In this document: positions 14,120-29,018 of the stretch, piece after piece
How positions within the stretch are numbered: position 1 is the stretch's first letter
How the letters are laid out: every line of letters starts with the position of its first letter
NCBI GenBank assembly: GCA_051294375.1
Contig: CM119265.1
Span: 27,734,511 to 27,798,510, forward strand
DNA: 64,000 nucleotides
Direction: 5' to 3'
DNA from: Paraspadella gotoi
Lineage: Eukaryota; Animalia; Chaetognatha
Translations under genes and position numbers: made by a program
The notes under the pieces: generated by a model
The model's input: only the letters and a program-made list of their open reading frames with translations
Told to the model about the DNA's origin: nothing
Databases searched by the model: none

Positions 14120-14709
14120 ATTATCTGTTCGTCCGCTAACAATGTTACCGTTGTTCCGGTCGTTGAGGCTGAGAAAGAGGAAGACGATCAATCACTTTTC
14201 CTTCGCTGTTTTCAATTCAAAACTAATTGTTTAGGTCGAGAGAGAAATGAAATTNNNNNNNNNNNNNNNNNNNNNNNNNNNNNNNNNNNNNNNNNNNNNN
14301 NNNNNNNNNNNNNNNNNNNNNNNNNNNNNNNNNNNNNNNNNNNNNNNNNNNNNNNNNNNNNNNNNNNNNNNNNNNNNNNNNNNNNNNNNNNNNNNNNNNN
14401 NNNNNNNNNNNNNNNNNNNNNNNNNNNNNNNNNNNNNNNNNNNNNNNNNNNNNNNNNNNNNNNNNNNNNNNNNNNNNNNNNNNNNNNNNNNNNNNNNNNN
14501 NNNNNNNNNNNNNNNNNNNNNNNNNNNNNNNNNNNNNNNNNNNNNNNNNNNNNNNNNNNNNNNNNNNNNNNNNNNNNNCTTTCTCTTTCTCTCATTTCTC
14601 CATTATGAAACCAGGTTTGATTTCATTCTCTTGTGCACATTTTTCCCGTCCTTTCCTTTCTTGCGAATTTTCCAACTCCCTAATGATTCGAAACCAGGTT
14701 TGGACGATG

Positions 14710-14746
<37 letters not shown>

Positions 14747-14978
14747 NNNNNNNNNNNNNNNNNNNNNNNNNNNNNNNNNNNNNNNNNNNNNNNNNNNNNN
14801 NNNNNNNNNNNNNNNNNNNNNNNNNNNNNNNNNNNNNNNNNNNNNNNNNNNNNNNNNNNNNNNNNNNNNNNNNNNNNNNNNNNNNNNNNNNNNNNNNNNN
14901 NNNNNNNNNNNNNNNNNNNNNNNNNNNNNNNNNNNNNNNNNNNNNNNNNNNNNNNNNNNNNNNNNNNNNNNNNNNNNN

Positions 14979-15015
<37 letters not shown>

Positions 15016-15943
15016 CGATCTCCCAGTTAATCTGGTTTCGAAGAGAAGTTGAAAGGAAGGAGAGGTGTGTCCGTACGAGAGGGAGTTGCCTTCGCCCTGA
15101 GGTTGTTGTGAAGGATGCGGCATGAGGATGAGCCCACACTACGATGTGGCAATGTAAGGCTCGGCTGGATTATAAATATAAGTATAAATAAGTATAAATT
15201 AAGATATCCGTATGTTAAATGCTAAATTGTTTCATACACTATCCTTATAGATTTATATCTTTTGTTTATTTTTCTAATTTTTTCTGTTTTATTAATTTAT
15301 CTTCATATTCTATTAGTTTTTTTTATTCTGGAAACAGATGTGGCATATATACCACCCTAGTTTAAAATAATTTCTGTGCCAGTTTAATCTGAGTATCATA
15401 ATGTAAAAAGAGAATTTTAACAATCGAATTCTTTAGAAATTTCAATTTTGTCCGTCATTTCGATATCTGCCTATTTAATGTTCTTGTATAATTGCCGCAT
15501 TATTTCATCATTTTTTATTGTGTCATCATTATGTGATTTCACTCTTTCAACGAAAAACTTTACTTTTATGAAATTATTTTATTATTTTGTTTTCAAACTC
15601 AGAACTTCATTCCATTTTTTTTATTATCAGGGATGTGGCAAAAACCGTAAAGGCGTTATGCCATTTTGCTTGTGACATCCGATGCCATCCGATGGGCATG
15701 GCTTTCGAAACAGAGGGCGTTCACATCCGTAAGTCTCTTTTATCAGCGCCTCCTTCGCGTCTCTCCCTCTCTCCCCCTAGCGGCGCTTTTTTTTCTATCG
15801 GTGTTAATGGGCGCGGGGAAAATTAATCTTGGTTCCTTTTTAGACAGACTGACTGACCAGAGCTTGAGGTAAAACGGGTTTAATAACCGTTTCTGCCTCG
15901 GGCCGTTTATTCTTTTTTATGGCGATAAGGAGGGAGAGAGAGA

Positions 15944-15995
<52 letters not shown>

Positions 15996-16572
15996 CTTTT
16001 TAAAGTAAATACTTCATTTTTAAAACTCATTTTTCTTCATCCCATGAATATTTATTTAAATAAAGGAAAGAAAAAGACACATTTTTTTATTTTCAGTCTT
16101 AGTTCATAACAAAATACTTTAATTAATTTTTTTTCATTTACATAATAATATCGGACTAGTTAAATTCTATATTTATTATAATCTTAAAAAATCAACGATT
16201 GATTTGTGACATATGTATGTGAAAAAAGTCATCTTATAACTTTAAAATGATACTGAAAAAAAATCAGCGAAAAGTGTTACAGACTTCCATGTCACATGTC
16301 ACATGTCACATGTCATTACATGACTGCCGTTCGAGGATCATTTAAATCATCATAAGAGGTCAACCTGACCTCAAGATCAGGGAACAGCGAGGGTGTTCAA
16401 CATTTGGTCGCTCGATGAGTCGATGGGATCAGTCACGGGTCAGAACGACTTCCGCGTTTGAGTCCATTCGCAAATCGGTTTTACTGTACACAAAAGGAAC
16501 GAGAGGCTGAAGACGTAAACACGTTTACCGCGGGAACCTGTTTTTTTTTCTTTGTTTACATTAGGTCGAAGA

Positions 16573-16605
<33 letters not shown>

Positions 16606-16917
16606 AACAAAGCCGATAATATAGACGTGGATGAAGACGAGGATGATACCGACAGACAATGACTTAAAAACGATGACAATGATGTCATAATTACAAACAC
16701 TTTTTTGAGATATATTTACAATGACAGTGTTATTTACCATGACAGAGTTTTTTTACAATGACAGAGTTTTTTTACAATGACAGAGATATTGAGAGAAAGG
16801 AAATCCGTCGTGACAAGAATCTCAAGGTTGACAAAGACGATAACGACGACGACGACCACGACTATGACGACGACGACGATGACGAATATTGGAAACTGAG
16901 CCACTTTTTCGTTTATG

Positions 16918-16992
<75 letters not shown>

Positions 16993-17103
16993 CTCTCTCT
17001 CTCTCTCATGATTTGGTGTCCAAAGTCCAAGAATTTCTCGGCGCCAACTTTATGTCACAATAGAAACTTGCGGTGATGGCCAGAGGGAGGGAAAGCGGTA
17101 AGC

Positions 17104-17138
<35 letters not shown>

Positions 17139-17599
17139 GGACAAACAAACAGACGGACGGAAAGAGAGAGAGAGAGAGAGATGTCGGTTTGTTTTGCCGA
17201 TTTCTTTGCCAAATTTTCGTCGCCTCATGAAAAATTGTTGTTTGCGTCGAAGAAGCAATGAATGTCATATTTAGTTAAATGTATTCGACGGACGGACGGA
17301 CGGACGGACGGATTTATGGTCAGACGGAGGGACAGATGGACGGACAGACGGACGGAGGCATGGACTGATGGATAGACGGACGGACGGACAGGCGGATAAT
17401 TTCATGACCTTTTGACCTCCAAACCCTTTGACCTCATGACCTTTTGACCTCATGAGTGACCTACTTGACCCATCATCTTTCATCAGTTTCTTTATTTCAT
17501 TTTTCGCTCTCCATTTTTTCCTCTTTATTGTATCATATCATTTTTATTAGTTCAATTTTTTCTCCGCCTCATAACCTGTCCACTCTCTTTCCTGACCCA

Positions 17600-17742
17600 T
17601 TTCTCCACTTCATTCCCCACTTCCTTCCCCACTTCATTCCCCACTTCCTTCCCCATCTCATTCCCCACTCCATTCTCCACTCCATTCCCCACTCTATTCT
17701 TCACTTCATTCCCCACTTCCTTCCCCATTCCCTCCCCACTCT
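17600..17742. repeat. 12-bp minisatellite (CATTCCCCACTT-type)
   Basis: Direct inspection. Confidence 0.85.
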
Positions 17743-17878
17743 AATCCTCATTACCATCCCCCCTTCCTTCTATTGTCCTTCCCCACGTCAGTTCGCCTTT
17801 TGTCCCCGTTTTTATTTATTGTTCTCTCGGTCGCCGATCACCCTTTTTCGTCGACGTCGACTTGTTGATCATTTGTTT

Positions 17879-18015
<137 letters not shown>

Positions 18016-19849
18016 GACGTCTGGTGAGAGAGAGAGAGTCGGCGTTATTGGAGGTCGAGTCGGTTAAAGAATTTATGCGATACAAATTGAAGGAGAGAAA
18101 AAAAATGGCAAAGAAGAGAGAAAAGTTTACAATCGAAAAATTTAAAATAATATATACAATAATGTAATAAAAAATGTAATAAAAGAAAAAAATAATTCAT
18201 ATTAGTTGTACCAATTTCATAATAAAACTTTCTGAATAAAAATTAAAATAAATGGAAATAAATAAATAAATAAGTAAATAAAAGTAAATAAATAAATAAA
18301 ATTTAAAACTCAAAAAGAAAGTTAACTTTGATTTAAAATACCAAATACTACTGGAGCAGAGCCCAAATCGAACATCGCAAAGCCCAATCCATCATCTCCA
18401 AAGCCCAAAACCCCAAAGGCCAAATCTCCCATCTGCCCCAAAATCGGTTTCCCCTTCCGCCCTCTTCCGCCCGGATTTGAAGAAAAGGCGTGATGTGCAC
18501 AATAAAACCGCAATATGCAAATTTGCCAACGCAAATGCAAATTCGAATTTTCTGATACCAGCNNNNNNNNNNNNNNNNNNNNNNNNNNNNNNNNNNNNNN
18601 NNNNNNNNNNNNNNNNNNNNNNNNNNNNNNNNNNNNNNNNNNNNNNNNNNNNNNNNNNNNNNNNNNNNNNNNNNNNNNNNNNNNNNNNNNNNNNNNNNNN
18701 NNNNNNNNNNNNNNNNNNNNNNNNNNNNNNNNNNNNNNNNNNNNNNNNNNNNNNNNNNNNNNNNNNNNNNNNNNNNNNNNNNNNNNNNNNNNNNNNNNNN
18801 NNNNNNNNNNNNNNNNNNNNNNNNNNNNNNNNNNNNNNNNNNNNNNNNNNNNNNNNNNNNNNNNNNNNNNNNNNNNNNNNNNNNNNNNNNNNNNNNNNNN
18901 NNNNNNNNNNNNNNNNNNNNNNNNNNNNNNNNNNNNNNNNNNNNNNNNNNNNNNNNNNNNNNNNNNNNNNNNNNNNNNNNNNNNNNNNNNNNNNNNNNNN
19001 NNNNNNNNNNNNNNNNNNNNNNNNNNNNNNNNNNNNNNNNNNNNNNNNNNNNNNNNNNNNNNNNNNNNNNNNNNNNNNNNNNNNNNNNNNNNNNCCTTTT
19101 TTTTTTAAATCTTTCTTTGGCAGGAAATTCATTCATTTCACCGCCGCGAATTTCACTCTTTTTCCGTGATTTCTTGGCCCGAATTTGGCCGTGAAACCCA
19201 CTTTTCACTGTCACAAAAAGATCCTAATGTAATTGTGAAACTATTTTTCTAAAAGCAACAAAACTCGAAAGTCCAATCACTAATCCTAAATTATTATTTA
19301 TTCCTATTCTCTAACTTAACCTTTAATTTTTAAAACTTAATCATTAACTAAATTTTAAACTATCCTACTAACATAACGTTTTAAAATCCTTTGTAGTAGA
19401 CTCAGAATTCAGCTCTGGACGAAGTCAATTACTGACACAGTTCAGAGTTTGCGGTACATAGCATATGGTATAGCATAGTGTAGTATAAGATACAGTTCGA
19501 CATTAAGATCAGCGTTGCAACTCATTGGTGAAATCACTGATTTGTTACCAACACGTAAACCTGATCCTTAACATCTAAAAAGACATTGGCTCTGGTTTGC
19601 ATGATCAAGATATTTTTTTACCCAATTAAAGTCCTTTTATCTTTCTCTTATTCAAAACTCTTCCTTGTTAAGAATTTTAACAACAGACGAATTGACTTCC
19701 TCACTCCATCCAGTTCAAAAGAGCAACTGGCAGACGTCGTATAAGCGAATCATTAAATGGTTGTGAGACTCGTACTCTCCCACCGAATTCACAATAGTCG
19801 TTCTGAACGACGCGTGAAAAAAGACCCAGTGAATCGTTGAAGGATTGTG

Positions 19850-19973
19850 AAACCGCTTCTCATTCAAAACCGCTACTCTCTCACCAAACCGCTTTTCCCT
19901 ATTAACCGCTTCTCTCTTTCACAAAACCGCTTCTCATTCAAAACCGCTTCTCTCTTTCACAAAACCGCTTCTC
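19850..19973. repeat. Minisatellite with AAACCGCTTCTC core
   Basis: Core repeated at roughly 17-22 bp spacing. Confidence 0.85.
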
Positions 19974-21933
19974 ACAGGAGACTTCATCACAAGCCAGCTT
20001 CGCGTCTTTTTTTTTTAGTAGCGACGCATAGGAATTTCTATAACTGACTTTGGGGAACTAATTTTCGCAACAACTGGAATGTTTATGGCCCGTTTCNNNN
20101 NNNNNNNNNNNNNNNNNNNNNNNNNNNNNNNNNNNNNNNNNNNNNNNNNNNNNNNNNNNNNNNNNNNNNNNNNNNNNNNNNNNNNNNNNNNNNNNNNNNN
20201 NNNNNNNNNNNNNNNNNNNNNNNNNNNNNNNNNNNNNNNNNNNNNNNNNNNNNNNNNNNNNNNNNNNNNNNNNNNNNNNNNNNNNNNNNNNNNNNNNNNN
20301 NNNNNNNNNNNNNNNNNNNNNNNNNNNNNNNNNNNNNNNNNNNNNNNNNNNNNNNNNNNNNNNNNNNNNNNNNNNNNNNNNNNNNNNNNNNNNNNNNNNN
20401 NNNNNNNNNNNNNNNNNNNNNNNNNNNNNNNTCTCTCTCTCTCTCTCTCTCTCTCTCTGCTGCGTTGCCATCCAAATCTTCCATGAGATGCTGATTAATC
20501 TCTGACGAGGAAGGAAAAGCAGGAAGAAGAAAACATTTGGCGAGAATTTTCACTTTTTTACTTAAACGAATTCACGTTAACATGTAAATGTAGTACCATA
20601 AAACTGTGATATGTTGAGCGTTAGTCTGTTTTAGAAATAAACTTTATGGTTTAATGACAGAAAAATTAACTCAGTGATATGAAACCAATATTTTTGTGTT
20701 TTTTGTGCGGAAAAATAAAATAAACATTTTCAAAATTAAACTACCCTGTGACAAAATTATCTATGAATGTGTTACGATATTAAAATATCTATTTATTCAA
20801 TGAATAAGCTATGTTACCCCTGATTTTGGACAGGTTAGAGTTTAAAAATAATGTATAAAGACAGTAGACGCACTTTCGTGTTTGACTTTTTTCTACCCCC
20901 CAAAAATATTTTTATTGGTAATCAGAATTTTCGTTTTTAGAATAATTAAAACAAACCTTAATAACAAAATCCAATGTTAAAACACAAGCAGAACAGGAGA
21001 AAGACAATCTAAACGTCTTGAAGATAAATAAAAAGGTAGAAAAAAGGGATAAAAGATAAAAGAAAAAAAAAAGAGAAAAAAAGAAAGCTTAAACCTTCCA
21101 AAAGGATTTCGCTCCTACGAAATTCAATCGCCTTTTTTCTCCTTTACTTTTTTATTTTCTCTTTTTTTTTCTTTCGGGTTTTCCTTTGGTTTCGAAATCT
21201 CTCTTCTGTTTCCACTGTTAACCTTTTCTTTTCATCTCATATTTCATTGTCTTTTTATTATCCTTCAACTTTGCAACTTCACGTTTGTGTTAAACTTGTA
21301 CTTAAATCGGTTTCTCCCCATGTCTTTAACATGATGCGGAAANNNNNNNNNNNNNNNNNNNNNNNNNNNNNNNNNNNNNNNNNNNNNNNNNNNNNNNNNN
21401 NNNNNNNNNNNNNNNNNNNNNNNNNNNNNNNNNNNNNNNNNNNNNNNNNNNCTCTCTCTCTCTCTCTCTCTCTCACATCACATCATTTTTATTCCGGTTT
21501 TGTCTCTCCTCGTATATATTTTTTTTTCCGCTAGAGGCGTTGAATCGTTTTTCCGCCAGAAAAACCAAAGACAAAAATAATTTCAAAATAAACCAACAAA
21601 AGACATAGAATTTGACTTTACTATCTTTTATCACTTTTTTCTCTTTGGTCTTAAATTTTTGTCCTTGAAAAGATTTGACTTTCAGAAATACATTTTTTAT
21701 TGAAATTTTTTTTTCTTTTTTTTTCTTTTTTCTTATTTTTTTTTAAATTGAGAAGAAATTCCTCCGTATTTTTTCCCTTTTTTCTTATTTAATTTTTCAT
21801 TTTTCTTCGTTTTATGATATTTTATATTTTTATATCGTTTTAAATGATTAATTATATATGCAATATAGAATCTTATTACATTTTTCATCTGTTTCAAGCT
21901 TGTAACTCACTCTCGCTTTTATTTATTAATAAA

Positions 21934-21968
<35 letters not shown>

Positions 21969-22399
21969 NNNNNNNNNNNNNNNNNNNNNNNNNNNNNNNN
22001 NNNNNNNNNNNNNNNNNNNNNNNNNNNNNNNNNNNNNNNNNNNNNNNNNNNNNNNNNNNNNNNNNNNNNNNNNNNNNNNNNNNNNNNNNNNNNNNNNNNN
22101 NNNNNNNNNNNNNNNNNNTTTTTTTTCAAACTTTGTTGGTTATCTTCATTCTACTTTCGTAGGTTGCATCACAAAATGTTTAACCCATAAACTTTTTCAT
22201 CTTTTTTCTTCCAATTTTATTTTAATTTTAATTTTATATTAACTTTATAACTTTTCATCATATCCACCCATCCTCCTTCCTTTTTCCTCCTTCACTCCTC
22301 CTCCCTTCCTCCCCTTCTGCCTCCAGAAATTCGACGCTAAAAGGATTAAAAGGGAGAGAATCTCTTTTCATCGAAGGAGACGAAAAAATGTCGCCTGAG

Positions 22400-22617
22400 G
22401 GGAAATGGCAGGAAATGGCAGGAAGATGGCAAGATGGAAGATGGCACGAAATGACGGGAAGATGGCAAGATGGAAGATGGCAGGAAATGACGGGAAGATG
22501 GCAAGATGGAAGATGGCAGGAAATGACGGGAAGATGGCAAGATGGAAGATGGCAGGAAATGAGAGGAAGATGGTAAGTCGGAAGAGGAGAGGAATTGACG
22601 GGAAGATGGCAAGATGA
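22400..22617. repeat. 36-bp minisatellite (GGCAGGAAATGACGGGAAGATGGCAAGATGGAAGAT)
   Basis: Tandem units; produces 12-aa periodic ORFs in several frames. Confidence 0.9.
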
Positions 22618-23389
22618 CACTTGAGGGACAAGGCAAAATAGAAAATAACAGATGGCAGTTTCAATGAAAAAGAATGACACTAAATGACAAAGAATGACAG
22701 ATAAAGGGAGGATTTTTAATGACTGTTGATTCCTCCATAAAAATTTAGATATCGACCGAAATAAATTTAAACAATAGAAATAATCCATTTTATCTTATCG
22801 TCACCTGAAAATGTAACGTCGTGAGCGATTCTTCTCACTCGCCAAAGTCAATAGGCAAAATACAAAAGCCCTGACCCAATTTAGGCAAATCAGCTTCAAA
22901 CATTATCAGGCGCATGACTTAGCTTGATCCGTAATACGAATACGAGGCGTGAATTTGGCCCGAATCGAGCATGAAGATGAAGGAAAACATTGCGGGTCCA
23001 AATTGTATCGTAAATTGGGAAAAGCGATTTGACATTGAACGATAAGAAGAATACTGGATCCTTAATAGACATTTAAGTTAAAAGAAAAAAAATACAAAAT
23101 AAAAACCTTTATGACTAAAATATAATATTAACTGCGAACAATAAATTGGAAGGAAAATTATGACGGAAAAAATATTTAGTCCAAAAATGTTGGGCTGGAA
23201 CGAAGCGTAAAGGAAGAGATCAAACGAATATAAACAAACTCGTAAAAAATATATCCTTTCCTTAGTGCGAGAGAGAGAGAGAGAGAGAGAGTAGAGAGAG
23301 ACCCAGAGAGAGAAGAGAGAGAGAGAGAGAGAGGAGAGAGTGATGAGAATGAGAGAAGACGAGAGAGAGGATGCAAGAGGAAGGAAGAA

Positions 23390-26300
23390 TAGATATGTTT
23401 TATTGCCGGTTTTTCTTTTTTATTTTCGTTTTTATTTCCCCTTAAACTCTCTTTTTCCCGATAAATTCGAAAGGCAATCCTTTTATACTTATCTCTCAGG
23501 CGTCTCTCTCTGTCTCCTCTCGTCTCCGTCTCTCCTCTTCTCTTTCTCATACGTTTTTTCCATTGGACGAGCTTAAACGACAGAGAGAGAGATCCAGAAT
23601 TCATATTTGATGGGCCAGACCATTTTTTACGTCTTTGATTAACGGGCCATAAAACCCTTCAGCCCAATCCCCATTTAATCGCGCGGGACTTGACGTTGTC
23701 TGTCTGGTCCGCATAACAGGATTTGACATTTCAAGTCCTCAGTTTGTCGTAAAAGTCTGAAATGGTTATTAATAATTATTCGTCATCTCTGTTCAATCCT
23801 GTTGTTGAATCATGAGTAAACATTCTCTAGCTCTTGTAAGTCACTCCTTTAGTACTGCTATGACTCTTCTCTCACTGCTCTCACTCTCTCTCCTCTCGTC
23901 TCTCTCTCCTCTCTCTCTCCTCTCTCTCTCCTCTCTCTCTCCCATACTCACGACATCAACTCTTCTCTCCTTCTCTCTCTCTACGTAAACGCCGGGACGT
24001 TACGCCTCGCAAAGAGGAACACACAAAAATACGTTAAGGCTCCATTTTTTTTCAGGCGCGTTGCATTCCTCCATAGTCGTCAAAGTCGAGGCATATTACT
24101 TGAAGTTCGCGGGACCCAATTTCGGTCACGTCTATTGTTTTCCCGGCTGCGCTGGCTATCTTGTTCTCCTCGCGTCGCGGCGCTCAGAGTTCCGCGATGT
24201 ACCGAACGCCGAACCGACCCGACGGGTCATTCTCTTTGCGTCTTCTCTTCTCTTTTCTCCCTCTCCCCGCGGCATCCGAGGTCTTAATGATCAGAGTCTG
24301 ACGCGATACCCAGACGAGCGGAAAGTCGCGGATCCAGCACTCTTTCCTTCTCTATTCCTTAATCTCAAAAGAATAGAAAAATAGTGAACAAATAAAACTA
24401 GATAAAAAAATAATAAACACAAAAAGGAAGGAAAAATAAACAAATTCCTAATGTGAAAAAAATATTGTTCACAGACTCTCTCCTCTCTCTATTTATTTAT
24501 TTTTTTTAATTTTTCTGACGTATTCTTTTTTTTCCCTAATTACATTGGTTTCTTCTATTTTTTTTTTAATTTTCATTTGTATCATTTGTAATTTAATATT
24601 GTTTCAACTGAGACAAAAAAATACAATTTCTAGTTATCTATCATGATTAAAAATGATAAATAAAGAATACTGGCGTGAAGATGTTTAGGATTCCAGACAA
24701 CTGTTTTGCTCGGGTGCTTTTGTTTCAGCTTTGCTCCACTCTCGCACTCTGCGTAATAAAAGCGACGCTCTCAGAACAATTCGGTGGCAAAGGCAGCTTT
24801 CCGCAGAACCAAAAGACAGAGTTAAAAACTTTGAGCGTAAGGCGTTTTTTTTTCCAAAAAATTGATATTTAGGTAATCGACTTTAAACTTAAATAGAAAG
24901 AAATCAATTAAATGATATTAAGTGAGGGAAAAAAATATTTGTTTTATTTGCGAGTGTTAAGGTAAATTAAAATTAAGATAAATATAAAATTAAAAATTCA
25001 GAGATTAGATGAATGAACACTGATGGAAGCCTTAAACCAACCAAAGCCTGTCCAAAGTCAGGGGAAAGATAGCTTATTTATTAAATGAATGGATAACTTT
25101 TAATATTGATTGAACCAAATTTCATAAGTCATTATTAGTAAAGGAAGTGTTGTGAAGAGAAATCACAGCGCCGCAACAATTGGACTGCTGGTTTCTTTGT
25201 TTAATTCGTTATTTGCTTTAAATTTGATGGCAATAGGCAAACGTTTTCAATTATTTTTTAATAATAATTAATTTTTGTGCATAGTTTTAAATTTTTTAAA
25301 TAATTTTTTTGTAAAACATTTATTTTTATTTCTTAAATCGCCTATTAGACTAATTTTATATTAACATAAATAGAATCTTTGGAAAAATTTTTTTTTTTTG
25401 CCCCAGCCAAAATAGATAACTAGAAAACCATGATGTTAAAAACATTCAAAACATTGTAATTAATTTCATCTCTCTCTCTCTTTGTCATTTTTTCCAGAAC
25501 GTCAGTGTTTTAGTCAGACAATAGCGCTTGTAATTCCAAAAGTTATTTTATAATATGAGTTTTTAGTTTTTTTTCCCAAAAAAAAATTTTGTGAAATTTA
25601 AAATGGAAAGAATGTACCCAAAGAAAACAAAAACAATGTTTTTACATTTCATTTTTTTATAATTTAAAATAATATTTTAAGAAAATATAAGTAAAAAAAT
25701 TTTCCCGTCCGCGACCACGATCTCCGGACGTGATCCTGTTGATCCGCGGATTTCTCCGCATCAGAGATAAATTTCTCTGAATCCGCGACCTCGGAAGTCC
25801 GCGGCGGCAAAGATGGCCGGCCGACGTGGCCGGCGGCCATGGTGGACAAAAGGCTCTGCGGTGTCCGGACACCATGGCTTCTTAGCCCGAATCTGAGTAT
25901 ACCCATGGCCAAAGTCGTCTCTCTCTCTCGTCTCTCGATCATTCGTCTCTTCTCTCTCTCTCTCTCTCGTCTCTCATCTCTCTTTCTCTCTCTCGACTTT
26001 CATCAGGCTCTGTCTGCCCTTGCCTCGCTTTCAACTCCGTAGCAACGTTGCACTGGTTTCAATCACAGAAAATCTTAACAATCTTATGTATCACTATCAG
26101 GTTCTGATAAAATAGGCTTCGTCGCCATTAATATATATTTTTTTCACATTTAGATTATCTAAAAAAAAATAATAGAGAAATAATCAATTAATACATAATC
26201 AAATTATAGAATTTGTAATTAAAGTAATTTTTATAAATCTATTTAAAATCAAAAAACTTTAAAATAGTGTAACAAGTATTTTTTAAATTTTCATAAACAT

Positions 26301-28438
26301 ATTCGCATCGACCTGAAGAACCAGTTAATTCGCTCAGTTCCCTCAGTGTTATTCCAAAGATTTATTTATATAACGTTTTAATAATTAAGCTAACATTTGA
26401 CATTTATGTTTCTCCTTTCAACCGAATTCAAAACTTTAAATTGCTTTCTTTTTGTTCACATCTTAACTCTTTAATGATTAGGCAAAAAAGGCTTAAATTT
26501 AGTTCAAGGTCTTTTCGGTTCTTTTGCTTCGAGATTGTTACCTCTGATAAAAACCTTATCGAGGCTGAGGTTCGATGCATTAAAAATAGAAGGAAGGAAG
26601 GAAGGAAAAAGAAAGAAAGAAAAGAAGGAAGGAAAAGAAAGAAAGAAAAGCAAGGATGCCAAGGATGGATGGATGGATTTAAAAAAAAGGGAAAAAATGA
26701 GAAAGGAATTAACAACAAATTGTTATTTTAAAAAATATATTGTTTTTTTGGCCAGTTCTTCGCTCGCGAGTAAAAATATACGATGAAAGGTTACATATAC
26801 AGAGCAAACATTATGCTACTTGTTATCTTCTTTATAAGTCAAAAATGTGTGCAATAAAAAGTGCGCATAAAATATGGCGGAGAGAGAAGTAAACAGATGG
26901 CAAGAAGAAGGAGTGAGTTGGCTTGGGATATGAAATAGTCTAGGATGGCTGCGATTGCTTTTCTTCTTCCAAGATCTCTCTCTCTCTTCTCTGCTCACTA
27001 CCTCTCTCTCGTCTCTCTCTCCTCTCTCCCTTATCTCTCTCTTAGCTCTCTCTCGGTTCGTCCTATTCTCTCTCAACCTAATGAGCCTCGTTTCATCTGA
27101 TCAGATTTTCAGGTTTCTATTTCTCTTTCCAAAGAATTCTCTCTCTCTTCTCCTCTCTCAGCGTCTCCTTCTCTCTCGCCTCATCTCTCTCTCTCTCGTC
27201 TCTCTCTCAGTCTCTCTCTCTCTCTTTTCATTCTCAGACATAACATTTTTTCTTTCCCCTGTGAAGTGTTCTCTCCCCAGCAGCGCAGTTATGGAATAAT
27301 GTCTCTCTCTCGTTTGACGCGATTTGAATTGACTTCGCAGATATTCAGGTCGCCAGTTTTCTTTTTTTCCTTTTTTTTTTTTTTTTTTTCTGTTTTTCCT
27401 TTTTTTCCCCATTTTTCCTTTTTCCTTTTTTTTTCTTTTTCCTTTTCTTTCTCTTTTTATATTATTCGCGCCGGCCATTTTTAGAACTTTTATAGAGTTT
27501 TTTTTTGAGTCGTCATAATCATTTTTTGTTAAAGGGCATTTTTTAATGTTTTTAATATGTTTATTTTTTGTTCCTGCGTTATTTTTTAAAATATCAAAGT
27601 GCGCAATCTTTAAATTCCATTCTGCATTTACTAGTACTATATTCTTTTATTTGTCAATCAGGTATATATTATTTGTTCGAATTCATATAGTTGCCAACTT
27701 ATTGAACTGAACTTGCCAATCTCTCTCTTCTCTCTCTCTCCCCTCTCTCATCTCTCTCTCTCTCTCTCTGTCCGGTTCGGCGCCGACCACCAAGCTCATT
27801 GTTAAAAAAAAGGGAAGAAAGAAAAAACAATGTCTAACAAGTTGAGCAAAAAATATGTGCATAGAGGAAAACTAATTTACGCCTGTGGAGTTAGCGCTAG
27901 GGGGCCATTAAATCCGGGAAGAAAAATGACAACAACTACCGTGCTGGCTGTTAAAGGGAAGGTAAGAGAACAAAAGAGAGGAAAGGGAGGAAGAGGAGGA
28001 AGAAAAAAAGGAGTAAAGAACAGGAGGAAGGAGGGAAGGAAGGAAAAGAAAGTAGATCACCAGCAACCCGTGCTGTGATTAAATAAGGAAAAAGGAAGAG
28101 AGAGAGAGAGGAGGAGAGAAAAAGGAGGAAAGAAGGAAAGGGAAGAAGAAGAAAAAAGGAGGAAGAGGAAGAGAGAGAAAAAATACAACAGCTGCCGTAC
28201 TAAAGGAGCAAAGAACGAAGGGAGGAAAGGAAAGATAAGGGAAAGGAAGAAAACAGAAAGAAGAGGAGAAAGGAAGAAGAAAAGGAAGCCGGAAGAGGAA
28301 GAGGAAGAGTATGACGCGGGAGGTCCAGAAAAAAAAAGGAAGTGGATTTGGAAAAGATCGGGTGAGGGAGATCCGCCAAGAAATTGGGTCGAGCTGGAAA
28401 AAGCTGAGGAGAGGGAGATGAGGAAGAGAGAGAGAGAG

Positions 28439-28469
<31 letters not shown>

Positions 28470-28780
28470 CAGAGAGAGAGAAGAGAGAAACGAGAGAAAA
28501 AAAGGCAATTCTCTTTCGCTAAGCGAATTAATTAAGGGAAAAAGTGAATAAAAGAAGAAAAAAAGTACAAAAAAAAAGAGAAATTTAAAAAAAAAAAATA
28601 AAACATTACATTACTATAAGAAAAGTTAAAGGCAAAAAAGAAGGTGGAAATCTTACAATTGTTCAGAGGCCTTGGGACATCCAAACGCGCCGAAGGCCCA
28701 AGAAAAAGTTCCATAAGAAGATAATGAAAACTTATGAAAAGATGAGATAAGAAACATTAAAAAAAGATATATAGAGAGAG

Positions 28781-28821
<41 letters not shown>

Positions 28822-28974
28822 AGAGAGGAGAGTTTGCGACAGAAGTAGGTCACGTGAGGGAATCGTCGTTGCTGCCAAACCTTACCTTGTAGCAGAAAGC
28901 GACATAAATCGCGACAACGACTTAAGAAGCAATAAAATGCAAGGTGATTGAGTGTGGGGATACATGAGAGGGAG

Positions 28975-29018
<44 letters not shown>

